From the NCBI GenBank assembly GCA_963721455.1, contig CAVRJG010000003.1:32001-96000 (forward strand): a DNA stretch of 64,000 nucleotides. Direction: 5' to 3'. The notes below the pieces were generated by a model. The model did not search any database. It was not told the origin of the DNA and worked only from the letters and a program-made list of their open reading frames with translations. This document shows, piece after piece, positions 37,562-48,129 of the stretch. This stretch comes from an uncultured Methanosarcinaceae archaeon (lineage in GTDB: Archaea > Halobacteriota > Methanosarcinia > Methanosarcinales > Methanosarcinaceae). The position numbers were made by a program, and so were the translations under genes. Within the stretch, counting starts at the first letter, position 1. The number at the start of each line of letters is the position of its first letter.

Positions 37562-37780
37562 GGAATTAAGGTACGGAGCAAGCGAGGATAGAGCCTGTGC
37601 CCTTCGATACTCGGATCTAATCCCAATGCCAGATTAAAGGCTTTTTCTGGAGAACTTGTTGAGACAGAGGCCGAGATTGCAAGAACGGAAGGCAGGGATT
37701 ATGAGACGGCTGAGGTTTTGCTTAAGAAAATAAAGGAAGAGAGGATGAAGAGTGGAAAAAACGACAAATGTCGTACTGTA
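37562..37780. pseudogene. Chimeric remnant: 3' piece of the 38980..40359 gene (-) fused to a second hsdS 3' piece (+)
   Basis: 37562-37647 matches about 38997-39082; 37636-37735 matches about 36123-36222; they overlap at AAAGGCTTTTTC. Confidence 0.8.
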
Positions 37781-37853
37781 ATAAAGCGATAAAAATAGAA
37801 GTGAGTGCTGGAACCCATTCCAGCACGACTTTTGCCTTTTCCCAAACTTTTTC

Positions 37854-38192
37854 TCACAAAAGTTTGCATTCATCTATGAAGCGTGTTATTTCCCGGTCTG
37901 CGGTCACACAGGTAATGAAAGCAGGTTTTCTCGTAATTTTGAGAGTAAGATCGGACTTTCCATCCCAATCGAAACTTCCGGTAATCCCTTTTCCCGAAAG
38001 TTCTCCTTTGTTTCCCGGAGGAACGTCGATGCCGTAGTCCTGGAGCTTTGTTTTCATACATTCAAACGTATCAGGTGTAACATCAGAAACCGTTACGGGA
38101 TCACAACTTTTCTCCCCGATCTGTGCTTGGGCAGATCCAAGAGAAAAAACTAAGCATATCAATAGCAGAGAAACTATCAATTTCAGATTCAT
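37854..38192 (-). CDS. Small secreted Cys-containing protein, paralog A
   Basis: Signal peptide; four mature Cys shared with paralog B. Confidence 0.8.
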   Translation of the reverse strand: MNLKLIVSLLLICLVFSLGSAQAQIGEKSCDPVTVSDVTPDTFECMKTKLQDYGIDVPPGNKGELSGKGITGSFDWDGKSDLTLKITRKPAFITCVTADREITRFIDECKLL

Positions 38193-38308
38193 TCTTTACC
38201 CCATATGCGAATTCAGCTATTCATCAAAATCATCAGTAAAAACTTCTATCTTTCTCGTAACAACTTCTATCTTTCCTGTAAATACTTCTACTTCTCTTCC
38301 TTTTTCCC

Positions 38309-38650
38309 TCACGGACCTTTGCATTCGTCTACGAATAGTATTAATCTCTCGTCTGCAGTCTCACAACTGACTGAAAAAGGTTTTTCCTTGATTATGATGG
38401 TAAGCTCGGACTTTCCATCCCATTCGAAACTTCCGGTAATCCCTTTTCCCGAAAGTTCTCCTTTGTTCCCTGGAAGGACATTGATGCCGTAGTTCTGAAG
38501 CTTTGTCTTCATGCACTCAAATGCATCAGGTGTAACATTAACAAACTTTATGGGTTTACAACTTATCTCTTCATTCTGCTGTGCTTGAGCGAGTCCCAGA
38601 GAAAAAACTAAGCATACCAATAGCAAAGAAACCATCAATTTAATTTTCAT
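38309..38650 (-). CDS. Small secreted Cys-containing protein, paralog B
   Basis: Highly similar to 37854..38192 (FECMKTKLQ.YGI...GNKGELSGKGITGSF.WDGKS). Confidence 0.8.
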   Translation of the reverse strand: MKIKLMVSLLLVCLVFSLGLAQAQQNEEISCKPIKFVNVTPDAFECMKTKLQNYGINVLPGNKGELSGKGITGSFEWDGKSELTIIIKEKPFSVSCETADERLILFVDECKGP

Positions 38651-38979
38651 TCTTTATCCTCCCCACATGCGAATTTGATCCTTCAATTCAGCCGAATACA
38701 AATGCGCAGTTAAATAATAGAATAATAAAAATAAATTAAGATAAAAAATTAAATATATATCGATTTAATATAAATTAGTTAATTATATGTGCCGGCTTAT
38801 AAATATTTAATCTCTATTAACTATAAGATCTTGTCCGGTTTTCAGAATTAGCAGAAACTTTGAAGAATATCTAGCTGCTTTTGAATCCGAATTCAGATTT
38901 GTTCCCCTATTTTTATCTGTTTCTTAAAATTTATAAAGTTATTTTAAGACCGTACCCGAGTCAAAGTTTTTTCCATAAC

Positions 38980-40359
38980 TTATTCTCTTTCTGGCTCATT
39001 AAGATACGGAGCAAGCGAGGAAAGAGCCTGTGCCCTTCGATATTCCGACTGAATCCCGGATGCCAGATTAAAGGCTTTTTCAAGGATTTCTTTTTGTCTG
39101 GATTCGTCCAGATATGGAAGAATAAATGAAAGGGCTTCAGGCCTCATGTCTCTATCTTTAAGATTGGAAGCTAATTCAAGGGCCTGTTCTAGAATTTCTT
39201 CTTTTCTTTGCTCATTCAGGTGTGGGACAAGAAAAGAAAGAACCTGTACCCTTTGATACTCGGATTGAATCCCGAATGCCAGCTCAAGGGCTTTTTCCAT
39301 AAGCTCTTCATTTCTTGACCCGTACAGATGCGGGACAAGCGAGGAAAGGATCTGGAACTTTGCATCTCCGTATTTAAGGTGAGAGGCGAATTCAAAGATA
39401 TTTTCAAGAAGTTCTTCTTTTCCCTGCCCTCTCAGATGACTGGCAAGCGAAGAAAGGACCAAAGCTCTTTCGTCTTCATCCTGAATATTGGAGGCAGAGT
39501 AAAGGGCTTTTTCTATAAGTTCTATCTTTCCTGGGCCCTCCAGAATCGGAACAAGCAGGGAAAGGACCTCTGATCTTATATCTCCATATTGAATCCGGGA
39601 GGCAAAGTTAAGGGCCTTTTCCATAATTTCTTCTTTTTCTGGTCCCTCCAGCTGAGAGACAAGCGCCAAAAGAGCCTTTGCTCTTTGAGACTCGTTTTGA
39701 ATTTCAACATCTATTTGTGTAATTCCTGCAATTTTTGCCATTCGTATCGCAATGGCACTACCATCTTCGATTGTAACTCTCTGGTCAAGTTGAATGTGCG
39801 TATAATGTTGACGCGGCTTTCCGGCACTGGCATCGTTTCCGGTTGTAACTCTCCGGCCAGAGGCAGTCTTTTCAGTATCCGGCACTTCGAACTGCTCTAA
39901 ATCCTGAACAGTACTGTTTTTTGCTATGAATCCTTCAAGCAACTTATTAAATTCTTCAAGCACTTTATTTTTGTCAATTGAATTCTGTATTATATTGACC
40001 GAACTATCTTCGGCCATCATCCTCTGTATTGCGTCGTTTTCCATAAATGATGAAATTTCTTTAGCTAAATCAGGATTCTTTTCAAACGAGTTTAGAATTT
40101 CCTGAGTCAAAATCTGCTTTACTTCCGGATCAGAAGGTGCAACAACCATATTTCCTGCGGTTCCTTTCAACTCAGAACATTCTCTCGAACACAGTTTTTC
40201 CCACAGTTTTTTCTTAATCTCCCAAACCTCAGGGCCTACTTTTTTGCCAGCCTCTTCAGCCGCTTTTTTAGACCCGATGACCAGATAAAGAATTACAGGT
40301 TCGATAAAATCTGTTACTTTTTGTGCCAGTTGCTTCATTCTTACATCCTGTTGCCGCAT
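38980..40359 (-). CDS. Alpha-helical repeat protein (about 38-aa EKALE.A..IQ.E..R...L..L.P.L repeats)
   Basis: About six C-terminal repeats visible. Confidence 0.8.
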   Translation of the reverse strand: MRQQDVRMKQLAQKVTDFIEPVILYLVIGSKKAAEEAGKKVGPEVWEIKKKLWEKLCSRECSELKGTAGNMVVAPSDPEVKQILTQEILNSFEKNPDLAKEISSFMENDAIQRMMAEDSSVNIIQNSIDKNKVLEEFNKLLEGFIAKNSTVQDLEQFEVPDTEKTASGRRVTTGNDASAGKPRQHYTHIQLDQRVTIEDGSAIAIRMAKIAGITQIDVEIQNESQRAKALLALVSQLEGPEKEEIMEKALNFASRIQYGDIRSEVLSLLVPILEGPGKIELIEKALYSASNIQDEDERALVLSSLASHLRGQGKEELLENIFEFASHLKYGDAKFQILSSLVPHLYGSRNEELMEKALELAFGIQSEYQRVQVLSFLVPHLNEQRKEEILEQALELASNLKDRDMRPEALSFILPYLDESRQKEILEKAFNLASGIQSEYRRAQALSSLAPYLNEPERE

Positions 40360-40853
40360 TTTTTCATCCTTCTATTTTAAAAATGTTATATTCTTCTTTT
40401 TATAGTTTAGTTCCAAAGTATACTGATAAAAGCAGGTGTAATACCTGCATCGGAGTATATAATTCAATAATTATGATATTAATTCAATAATTATAATATG
40501 AGTTCCTGATCAAAAAATTCCTAAACAACATAAATCAAACAATAATATAATATAACAAATACAATGAGATAAACACTAACTTTAAAAACTTTTCTGAGAT
40601 ACTTTAGCAAAAAACACGAGTATTAGAGATTCCAAAGCTGGGTACCAATTACAACTGAAGATACAATAAAGGTGATTGATATTGCTTTTGCCTTTATTTT
40701 GGCAGGGCAGATTAGATCGTAAAATTCACTAAAAAAGGAATTGAAGCACCTTCTGTTCTATTTTTCATTTTCCGGAAAAGGCTGGTTTCCTTCATCGGTT
40801 ATTGAGAATCCCGGAAACCAAAAACCAAAAATCAAAACTGCGTGCGGCCTCTG

Positions 40854-41642
40854 TCATACTTCTTTTACTTCTCTGGACAGGCCTTTGTAGTAAGTATAGA
40901 GGTCTTCTCCCCAGTTGAGGGCGTCTGGGTCAAAGCATATGATATCGTTTACATGGTCGTAGACGCCGTCGTTGTAGAAGAGGCCGAGAGAAAAGAAGCA
41001 GTTTGTTACTGCGCTTGAGAGAAGCATTTCTTTATCGTATACGTAGACGTGGGCGTTGTCCAGGGCCAGGAACCTCTCCACTTCACTCCTGAATTCCGTT
41101 CTCATCCTGTCAAAAACGGATTCTGTCAAGATAAGGGATACGTCTATGCCTTTTTCTGCAAAACTAAGGAACATTTTTGGGTACAGTGGATGGATAAAAG
41201 GGGAAATGCCTTTTACGAATTCGGATTTTGCAATATTTTCCACAAATTCAGTGTGGGGCGAAAACATGCTGCTCTCGTCCAGGGGTCTGGCAAAGGTGCT
41301 GCATTTCAGGTCACTTATTCTATTTAATAAATGAGCGGGTATGCCGTCAAGCCTGTGGCTGTTCCAGAAATCATATTTGCTCTCAAGGGTTTCTATAGTA
41401 TCGACCAGAGGCTGCATTTTTTCAGCTACTACTTCCCCTATTAGAGTAAGTTCGTATTCATCCTTCTTCCGGTGCAGGAGGCGTTTTTCTTTAAGCAGCT
41501 TTATTTGCGGATAAACCGAAGTTAGACTGCTATGCAGGGAACTTACAATCTCCTCCATGCTTTTTGGGCCTTCCCTCAGTAATAGAAGAATTTTCTTCCT
41601 CTTCTCAGAAGAGAAAACAAGGTCAAGATAAGATGTTTCCAT
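40854..41642 (-). CDS. Winged-helix transcription regulator with DUF1724 domain
   Basis: LVFSSEKRKKILLLLREGPK, FW..H.L.GIP, WGEDLY; ATG 41642 is the likely start. Confidence 0.88.
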   Translation of the reverse strand: METSYLDLVFSSEKRKKILLLLREGPKSMEEIVSSLHSSLTSVYPQIKLLKEKRLLHRKKDEYELTLIGEVVAEKMQPLVDTIETLESKYDFWNSHRLDGIPAHLLNRISDLKCSTFARPLDESSMFSPHTEFVENIAKSEFVKGISPFIHPLYPKMFLSFAEKGIDVSLILTESVFDRMRTEFRSEVERFLALDNAHVYVYDKEMLLSSAVTNCFFSLGLFYNDGVYDHVNDIICFDPDALNWGEDLYTYYKGLSREVKEV

Positions 41643-41938
41643 TCCTGTTTCCTCTTTTAAGCTGGCAACTATCACTTTTAATATCTGAAACAAAATTCGA
41701 TTTTGTAATTCTATAGTTGCTCTGAATCACAATAACCAATATATTTTGAATTGAATATGAAGTTTTACGTTTTGATCCGATAATTATCAGGCTGAGTTTC
41801 ATTTTACGGCTTTTCAGGTTTTGTGCCCAGTGTTTTTTACTTCCGGATAAAATATAAAATCAATAGCTATAAGAGGAGACCTGCCAGATTGAGATACAAG
41901 AAATAAAAAGGGAATAAAATAGCAGTTGGTGGAAATTC

Positions 41939-44674
41939 TTGAGTGAGCAGCCAGGAATACATGCTAGGACTTTCAGTCAGGCCTCGGATGAGAAGATAAA
42001 GGCTGCAATGCAGCTGGGAGCTTTTTTTGAGGTTTTTCCTGACAGGAGGCAGGCTTTTGAAGACCTTTTAAGGCTTTGTTCGGATGGAAACAGTGCAGTC
42101 AGGGAAGAAGCTGTCAATTCCCTTGCAACGATTTTTCCGAATGTGCCGGACAGGGAGCTTGCATGGGAGAGACTTGTGAACCTTACGGCTTATCCGGAAG
42201 AGACGGTAATGGCGGCTGCGGTCAATGCGCTGGTCAGTGTTTTTTCCCTCATGCCGGACAAAAACAGGGCATGGAAGGATCTGGTTGAGCTGATAAACTC
42301 AAAATCAAGCATGGAGGATGTGAACAGGGGGATTCTCCACTCGCTTTCTTATTTGATACAGGAAGTCCCTGATAAGCAGCAGGTGTGGAAAGACCTGCTT
42401 GAGATGGTGTCTTCGGATGACTCTTATGTGCGGGAGAAGTCGGCTTCGCTTTTAAGTATGGTTTTTCCGGAACTGGTGGATGAAGAAAAAGAAGAGGCCT
42501 GGAATGAAATGCTGGAGCTGGCTACCGAATCTGCGGACGGGAAGGTTAGGGAGCAGGCTGCGCGGGCTCTTGGCGCTGCTTATCCTGGGATGCCGGATGA
42601 AATGAAGGACGAAACCCTGGAGACTCTGCTGGAACTTGCAGTGTCAGGAAGCCCTGAGATTCAAAAGGAAGCACTTCTTGCTCTACCGCCTGTTTTTTCC
42701 CATATCCCGGATAAAAAAGAGACCTGGAATGATGTCCTCAGGCTTACGGGAGACGAGAGCGGGCATGTACGAAAACAGGCTGTAGATGCCCTGGCTTTTA
42801 TATTTCCTGATATGCCTGATAAGAAAAAGGTATGGGTTGATTTCCTGAGCCTCACCAGGGCACGGGACGAGTATGTAAGGGATGTGGCAGCTGATGCGCT
42901 CGCATCTGTATTTCCCAGCCTGGATGACAAAGGTTCACTCTGGAAGGAACTTATCAAACTTACAGGGGATGAGGACGAGCACGTCCGAAGAATGGCTGCT
43001 GATACCCTTATTAAGGGTTTTCCGTATATATCTGACAGGAATGAGGCATATTCTGAGCTTGCGCGCCTGGCTGAAAAAAAGGATAGTTCTGTACTCAGGA
43101 AGATTGTAAATACGCTTGCTTCTGTTTATCCTCAGTTATATAATAAGTATGGAGTTAGTGAAGGGGAATTGGAAGAACTGGGAAAATACAAATCGGGAGA
43201 AGAAAATAAGTCTGAAGAAACAAGTATGTCTGAAGAAAAAGGTAAGCACGAAGAAAAAAGTAAGCACGCGGAAAAAGGTAAACCTGCAGAAGCTCATGAA
43301 CTGACACCAGAGAAGGATACTTTTGTTAGAAGGGGTGCCGTCAATTCTCCAAAGCCTGTCTTTTCCGGGAAAAAAGAAGGAACTGATAATATACAGGTTC
43401 AGGATAAGGAAAGTAAAAAGCCTGCTTCTGATTTTTCCGGGTTTGCGGCTGATAGTAACAGGTACATACGAAAAGATATAGCAGAGCCATTTACCAGGGC
43501 AGACTCTGGCCTTCCGGACAAAAAAGAAATTATAGAAAAACTTATCAGTCTCAGTTCGGATCCGGACCCCCAGATGAGAAGAGGTTCAATAGAGTCTCTG
43601 CTTGCTGCTTATTCCCAATACGCCGGCAAAACGCAGGATATCTGGAGCGAACTTCTCTGGATGACAGGGGAAGACGACACCGGTACCAGAAAGGGCGCTG
43701 CAGAGTTGCTTCACTACGTTTTTCCAGCAGTTGAGGTAAAGTCCGCAGTCTTTTTCGACCTGGTCAGGCTCACTGAAAGTCAGGATGCCCAGCTTCGGAA
43801 GAGAGCAGCAGAACTTCTTGCCGCCGCTTTTGCTTATTCTGAAAATAAACAGGAAGCCTGGGACGAGCTTGTGAGGCTTGCGTCCGTTGAGGACAGGGAA
43901 GTCCGGAAGGGGGCCGTCCTCGCCCTGTCATCCGGCTATACAGAAGTTCAAGATAAGGGAAAAGCCTGGAAGGACATGTTCAGGCTTTCCGGTCATAGCG
44001 ACAGTTTTGTGCAGAGGGTTGCAACACGGGCACTTGGATCTGCCTTTTTCCATACGCCGGATAAGACACAGGCATGGAGAGACCTGCAGGCGCTCACTGA
44101 TAACCCCTATGTCTACGTCCGAAGGTATGCTCTCCGCTCCCTTGGAAGAGCTTCTCTCTGGAGAGCATTGAGGGCGGAGAACGAAGCTACTTACATTTTC
44201 GGGCTGAAAGAAGCTGTCAAATACTTTAAGGAAGCAGCTGAAACCTCTGTTGACTTCCATATTCCTGAATTCTATTACCCCTTTTATGAATCTCTCTTAT
44301 TCATTCTTTTCAGCGACAGGCCTGGCATAGCAAAACTTGAAAGTGATCGGTATCTCTCGAAAATGGCCGGTGAGTTCAGGGAGCAGAAAGAAAACCAGAC
44401 GCTTCTCGAAATCTTCGAACAGTTTGTAGGGCTTCTCCGACGCGCAGGAAATCTGACTCCTGGAGACCTTTCTGCGCAGAAGAAGCTGCTTGAAACCTGT
44501 ATTCTAACTTTTGATAGGTTTTCAAGCCTCTTTGAGAATATAGAGGATGTAGCTATTCTTGCTCTAAAAACCGTGAAAAAAGAAAAGATTGTGAAAAAAG
44601 ATTATTCTAAACTTGGAAAGGAACTTCTGGAGAGAGTCGAGGAAAAGAAGTCATCCTTGATCAAAAAACCGTGA
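41939..44674 (+). CDS. HEAT-repeat protein
   Basis: Repeated W.DL.RL..DED..VR..A..AL...F...PDK units. Confidence 0.9.
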   Translation: MSEQPGIHARTFSQASDEKIKAAMQLGAFFEVFPDRRQAFEDLLRLCSDGNSAVREEAVNSLATIFPNVPDRELAWERLVNLTAYPEETVMAAAVNALVSVFSLMPDKNRAWKDLVELINSKSSMEDVNRGILHSLSYLIQEVPDKQQVWKDLLEMVSSDDSYVREKSASLLSMVFPELVDEEKEEAWNEMLELATESADGKVREQAARALGAAYPGMPDEMKDETLETLLELAVSGSPEIQKEALLALPPVFSHIPDKKETWNDVLRLTGDESGHVRKQAVDALAFIFPDMPDKKKVWVDFLSLTRARDEYVRDVAADALASVFPSLDDKGSLWKELIKLTGDEDEHVRRMAADTLIKGFPYISDRNEAYSELARLAEKKDSSVLRKIVNTLASVYPQLYNKYGVSEGELEELGKYKSGEENKSEETSMSEEKGKHEEKSKHAEKGKPAEAHELTPEKDTFVRRGAVNSPKPVFSGKKEGTDNIQVQDKESKKPASDFSGFAADSNRYIRKDIAEPFTRADSGLPDKKEIIEKLISLSSDPDPQMRRGSIESLLAAYSQYAGKTQDIWSELLWMTGEDDTGTRKGAAELLHYVFPAVEVKSAVFFDLVRLTESQDAQLRKRAAELLAAAFAYSENKQEAWDELVRLASVEDREVRKGAVLALSSGYTEVQDKGKAWKDMFRLSGHSDSFVQRVATRALGSAFFHTPDKTQAWRDLQALTDNPYVYVRRYALRSLGRASLWRALRAENEATYIFGLKEAVKYFKEAAETSVDFHIPEFYYPFYESLLFILFSDRPGIAKLESDRYLSKMAGEFREQKENQTLLEIFEQFVGLLRRAGNLTPGDLSAQKKLLETCILTFDRFSSLFENIEDVAILALKTVKKEKIVKKDYSKLGKELLERVEEKKSSLIKKP

Positions 44675-44868
44675 AAAAAGAATCTTCTGCCCTGAAATGA
44701 GAAATTTGAAAATAATGGGGAAATGCCTGATGGAGCGCCACTTGAGGGAAGACACGTTTTGTTCTGATCTATATCTGATTCCGGTGTCAGTACACCTTCG
44801 AGAAATCCGGGCAAGTAAGTTGTCTCTGCACCCTGCAGTTTATATCCTATCCCGCCAATCCCCCGTTC

Positions 44869-45180
44869 ATGTACAGGGCAGGAATTGAACTAACAGATGC
44901 GGACTTTGAGTTTGCAAAATCTCCTCTTTCAAAAAAATTCATTCGCCTTGTGTTCAAAAAATATCAGCTTGATTTTATTGCTTATTTTGGCGAAAATATG
45001 TTCTATGTTTCAAGGCAGAATTCGCCTCCCCTCTCTCCCTTATATCCCAGTGCACGATATCCTGAAGATATCGAACTCGTACTTGATTTCATGGCACGTG
45101 AGAGAATCCGCAGGATCAGGTGTGAGAAAGGAATGCTCTTTAGGTCCGCAGTTCCGGGACTCTCTGCTAACGGGAAGTAA
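44869..45180 (+). CDS. Hypothetical protein
   Basis: 103-aa ORF with protein-like composition. Confidence 0.6.
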   Translation: MYRAGIELTDADFEFAKSPLSKKFIRLVFKKYQLDFIAYFGENMFYVSRQNSPPLSPLYPSARYPEDIELVLDFMARERIRRIRCEKGMLFRSAVPGLSANGK

Positions 45181-45375
45181 GTTCACTTTAAGAAAATGAG
45201 GCCCGGAGGAACGGGAAACTGAGAGTAAGGAATCCGGAAAAAAGAAGCTCGGATATGGCTGCATCGAAGACAAATACCTGATTTATTTTTTCCTTTTGTT
45301 CGGGTTATTTATAGTTTCATTTCAATATAAAACATTACAAAATTTATCTTTATCGTTAACTGGAGGGGGTATTAA

Positions 45376-45561
45376 ATGATACATCAATGGGAGTATGATT
45401 CTCGCAGGCTTGATGGTTTGAACATGCCACAAATGATGAGCGAACTCGAAAGAATCGGAAACGAAGGCTGGGAACTGGTTTTGATCAAGAACGATATTGA
45501 TGAAGAAGGCACAGTAACTGCAATTTTCAAACGGGAAAAGAGCGAGACGTTATCTGTATAA
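45376..45561 (+). CDS. DUF4177-like small protein
   Basis: WEY...L...G.EGWELV...IFKR; GGAGG RBS. Confidence 0.85.
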   Translation: MIHQWEYDSRRLDGLNMPQMMSELERIGNEGWELVLIKNDIDEEGTVTAIFKREKSETLSV

Positions 45562-45918
45562 AAACTTACTTTTTAATTTTTACTGTCTTTTTACTATCTT
45601 TTTACTTTTTTACTATCTTTTTACTATTTTTTACTATTTTTTACTGTGAATTTTGAAGTTTTCTATTTCTCAGTATCTTAATTATATTAAATATTTGCTT
45701 TTTACTAAGGTTTTCAGGTATCTCTTTCTTTCAGTTTATCAGTTTTGTAAAGATGATCTTTTAATATTTCTTTTACAGGGTGGCCTGAAAAATAAACATC
45801 AAACGAAGGAATGTCAAATGCTTTTCTCAAATACGGAAAAAGAAGTATGAGCTTCAGGATAAGCTTGTGCCGCTAATTCTGAAAATTCTAAAAAAAATTA
45901 TTTGATTTGGAGAAAAGA

Positions 45919-46140
45919 TTGCGTTCCCACCTGAAAAATTTTGGAAGTTCCGAACGGCACTTATTAGGTCTTGTTTAGGAAGAGGTTTGGTACTGGACTC
46001 ACGGGTTGCGAGCTCTTGATTTTATCTCTTCACTTCTAGAGTAGATTTTTCGGAGTAGGCGTTGAAGTATTTCTTGTGGAATAGGTCTTTGCTATGTGGT
46101 CTTGTTCTTTGCTATGTGGTCTTGTTAGATGAGAACGCAA
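45919..46140 (-). ncRNA. Candidate sRNA, copy 1
   Basis: TATA at 46167-46160; 12-bp terminal stem completed by G-U pairs on the minus strand; paralog at 46642. Confidence 0.6.
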
Positions 46141-46488
46141 GTAATACTAGGTTCTCACCTTATATATTATTTTTAACACATAATGTTATTTCAGATATGT
46201 TTTGTTAGTACATACTTCTAATTTACCTTCATTGGTTTAACCTTATAGCATCAAACTATAGTCCTGGACGTAAATATTCGCACCTGATTTACCCAGAGTC
46301 CGGTAACAAAGAAAAAATATTGACGAGCACGGAAAAATTCACTCAAGACTCTATAACCCGCTTCATTGTCTATTGACCATGGTGGGCACGGAAAAACTTG
46401 CTCCAGACTCTACACCCACGGAAAAGACCGACAGCCCTGAAAATTTCGTTTGAGATTAGTCAATGAATTTTAGTAATTGACTACAGGT

Positions 46489-46590
46489 CCCCTTCAAACC
46501 AGATTACCTTAAAATTAGATCTCCTTCAAACCAGATTACCTTAAAATTAGATCCCCTTCAAACCAGATTACCTTAAAATTAGATCCCCTT
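46489..46590. repeat. Three copies of a 32-bp tandem repeat
   Basis: ccttcaaaccagattaccttaaaattagatc(t/c) head to tail. Confidence 0.95.
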
Positions 46591-46641
46591 ACCAACACGC
46601 AGTTCACAAAGGTTCCAGAAAGTTACTTTTAAAATGAGGTA

Positions 46642-46831
46642 GCGTTCTCATCCACAAAAACCTGGGAGTTCCAAATGGTATTTAAGAGACTCACTTTGTT
46701 TAGTTGGGGAAGAGGTATTGAGGTATTTTGACTTATGGGTTGCGAGTTTCTCTTTCTATCCCTTTACTGTGGAGTTATTTTCTGGAGTAGGTGTCGTTTG
46801 CTAGTGGGGTGTTAAAGAGATGAGAACGCAA
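46642..46831 (-). ncRNA. Candidate sRNA, copy 2
   Basis: TATA at 46858-46851; perfect 11-bp terminal inverted repeat GCGTTCTCATC / GATGAGAACGC; motif blocks shared with copy 1. Confidence 0.6.
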
Positions 46832-47342
46832 GTTATACTATGCCGCCATCATATATAATATTTTTAACACTTAATATTATTGTATTCGTCTATTCCTGCT
46901 TTACCTTTCTAACTTTAATTCATTGATCTAATGTTTATATCATTAAACTAACCACACTAACCACATATCCGAAACTCTAACCAAACAGGAAAAATAATTC
47001 CAGAATAAAAATAATTGCAGAATGAAACCAGGATGTTATTGAAAAACTTTTCCAATAATTTTTGTGATAATAAGGGCTATTTCCGAATAAATACCATTTT
47101 CCCCAATTCTTATTATCCGGTATACGCAGGAATTATATGATCCCAATAAGAATACATTTCTTGATACTATAACCTTGATTCCAGGTTTTTGGAAGAAAAT
47201 CAGATTAAAACGCTTGATGGATTTATAGTTCCAGGAATCCCCATTCCCTGAAATTAAAACAGTTAACAGGGTCGGTGCACATTTTTTAAACCACGGCCTG
47301 TATGTAAAGCGACCTGTATGTAAAGAATTCATTGCAGAGTAT

Positions 47343-48122
47343 TTATTCTTCAATTAGCCCGTCCTTCAGCCTTATTACCCTGTCTGCATATTCCGCATGC
47401 CAGTTTTCATGCGTAACCATTACAATTGTCTGTCCCTGTTCCCTGTTGAACTTCTTGAAGAGGTCAAGCACTTCCTTTGAAGTCTGGGAGTCCAGGTTGG
47501 CGCAGGGCTCGTCTGCAAAAAGGACCCTGGGAGAATGGGCGAGGGCTCTTGCGATTGAAACTCTCTGCTGCTGGCCGCCGCTCATTTTGGAGGGGAGCTG
47601 CTGCAGGCGGTCGCCAAGGCCAACGGCTGTGAGAATGTCTGAGGCTGCGGATTCGTATTCTACTTTACTTTTGCCCTGCATCATCAGGGAGAGGTAGACA
47701 TTCTCCGAGGCATTGAGTTCGGGAAGAAGGGCATAGTCCTGAAAGACATAACCTAAGTTATGGAGCCGGAACTTGCCTTTTTCCCTGTCCGACATGCTGG
47801 AGGTGTCCATGCCGTCTATGGTGACTTTTCCCGAGTTAGGCGTATCAAGAAGTCCGAGCTGGTTTAAGAGAGTAGTCTTGCCAGAGCCGCTCGGGCCCAT
47901 GATCGCAATGAACTCCCCATGCCTGATTTTTACATTTACGCCGCGCAGAGCCCTGACCTGTACCTCTCCCATCCTGAAGGTGCGGACTATACCTATGCCT
48001 TCTATGATTGTGCCATCTGCAGGGGAGTTGAGGTTTCGGGTTCCGGTTTCAGTTCCGGTTCCACTCCTGATTTCTTTTTCATCCCCGGTTCCATTTTTGA
48101 TCCGGTCTTCCATTTTCTTCAC
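47343..48122 (-). CDS. ABC transporter ATP-binding protein (LolD/MacB type)
   Basis: GPSGSGKT, MSGGQQQRV, FADEP, VTH. Confidence 0.95.
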   Translation of the reverse strand: MKKMEDRIKNGTGDEKEIRSGTGTETGTRNLNSPADGTIIEGIGIVRTFRMGEVQVRALRGVNVKIRHGEFIAIMGPSGSGKTTLLNQLGLLDTPNSGKVTIDGMDTSSMSDREKGKFRLHNLGYVFQDYALLPELNASENVYLSLMMQGKSKVEYESAASDILTAVGLGDRLQQLPSKMSGGQQQRVSIARALAHSPRVLFADEPCANLDSQTSKEVLDLFKKFNREQGQTIVMVTHENWHAEYADRVIRLKDGLIEE

Positions 48123-48129
48123 CTCAATT

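Noticed and set aside
45565-45650. tttttacta(t/c) repeats
   Set aside because: Low-complexity T-rich tract, at most a terminator region
46489-46590. 32-bp repeats as a CRISPR array
   Set aside because: Units are contiguous with no spacers, and there are no cas genes in the window
47036-47353. 105-aa ORF downstream of the ABC ATPase
   Set aside because: No recognisable motif and its start lies inside the ATPase end; cannot be supported
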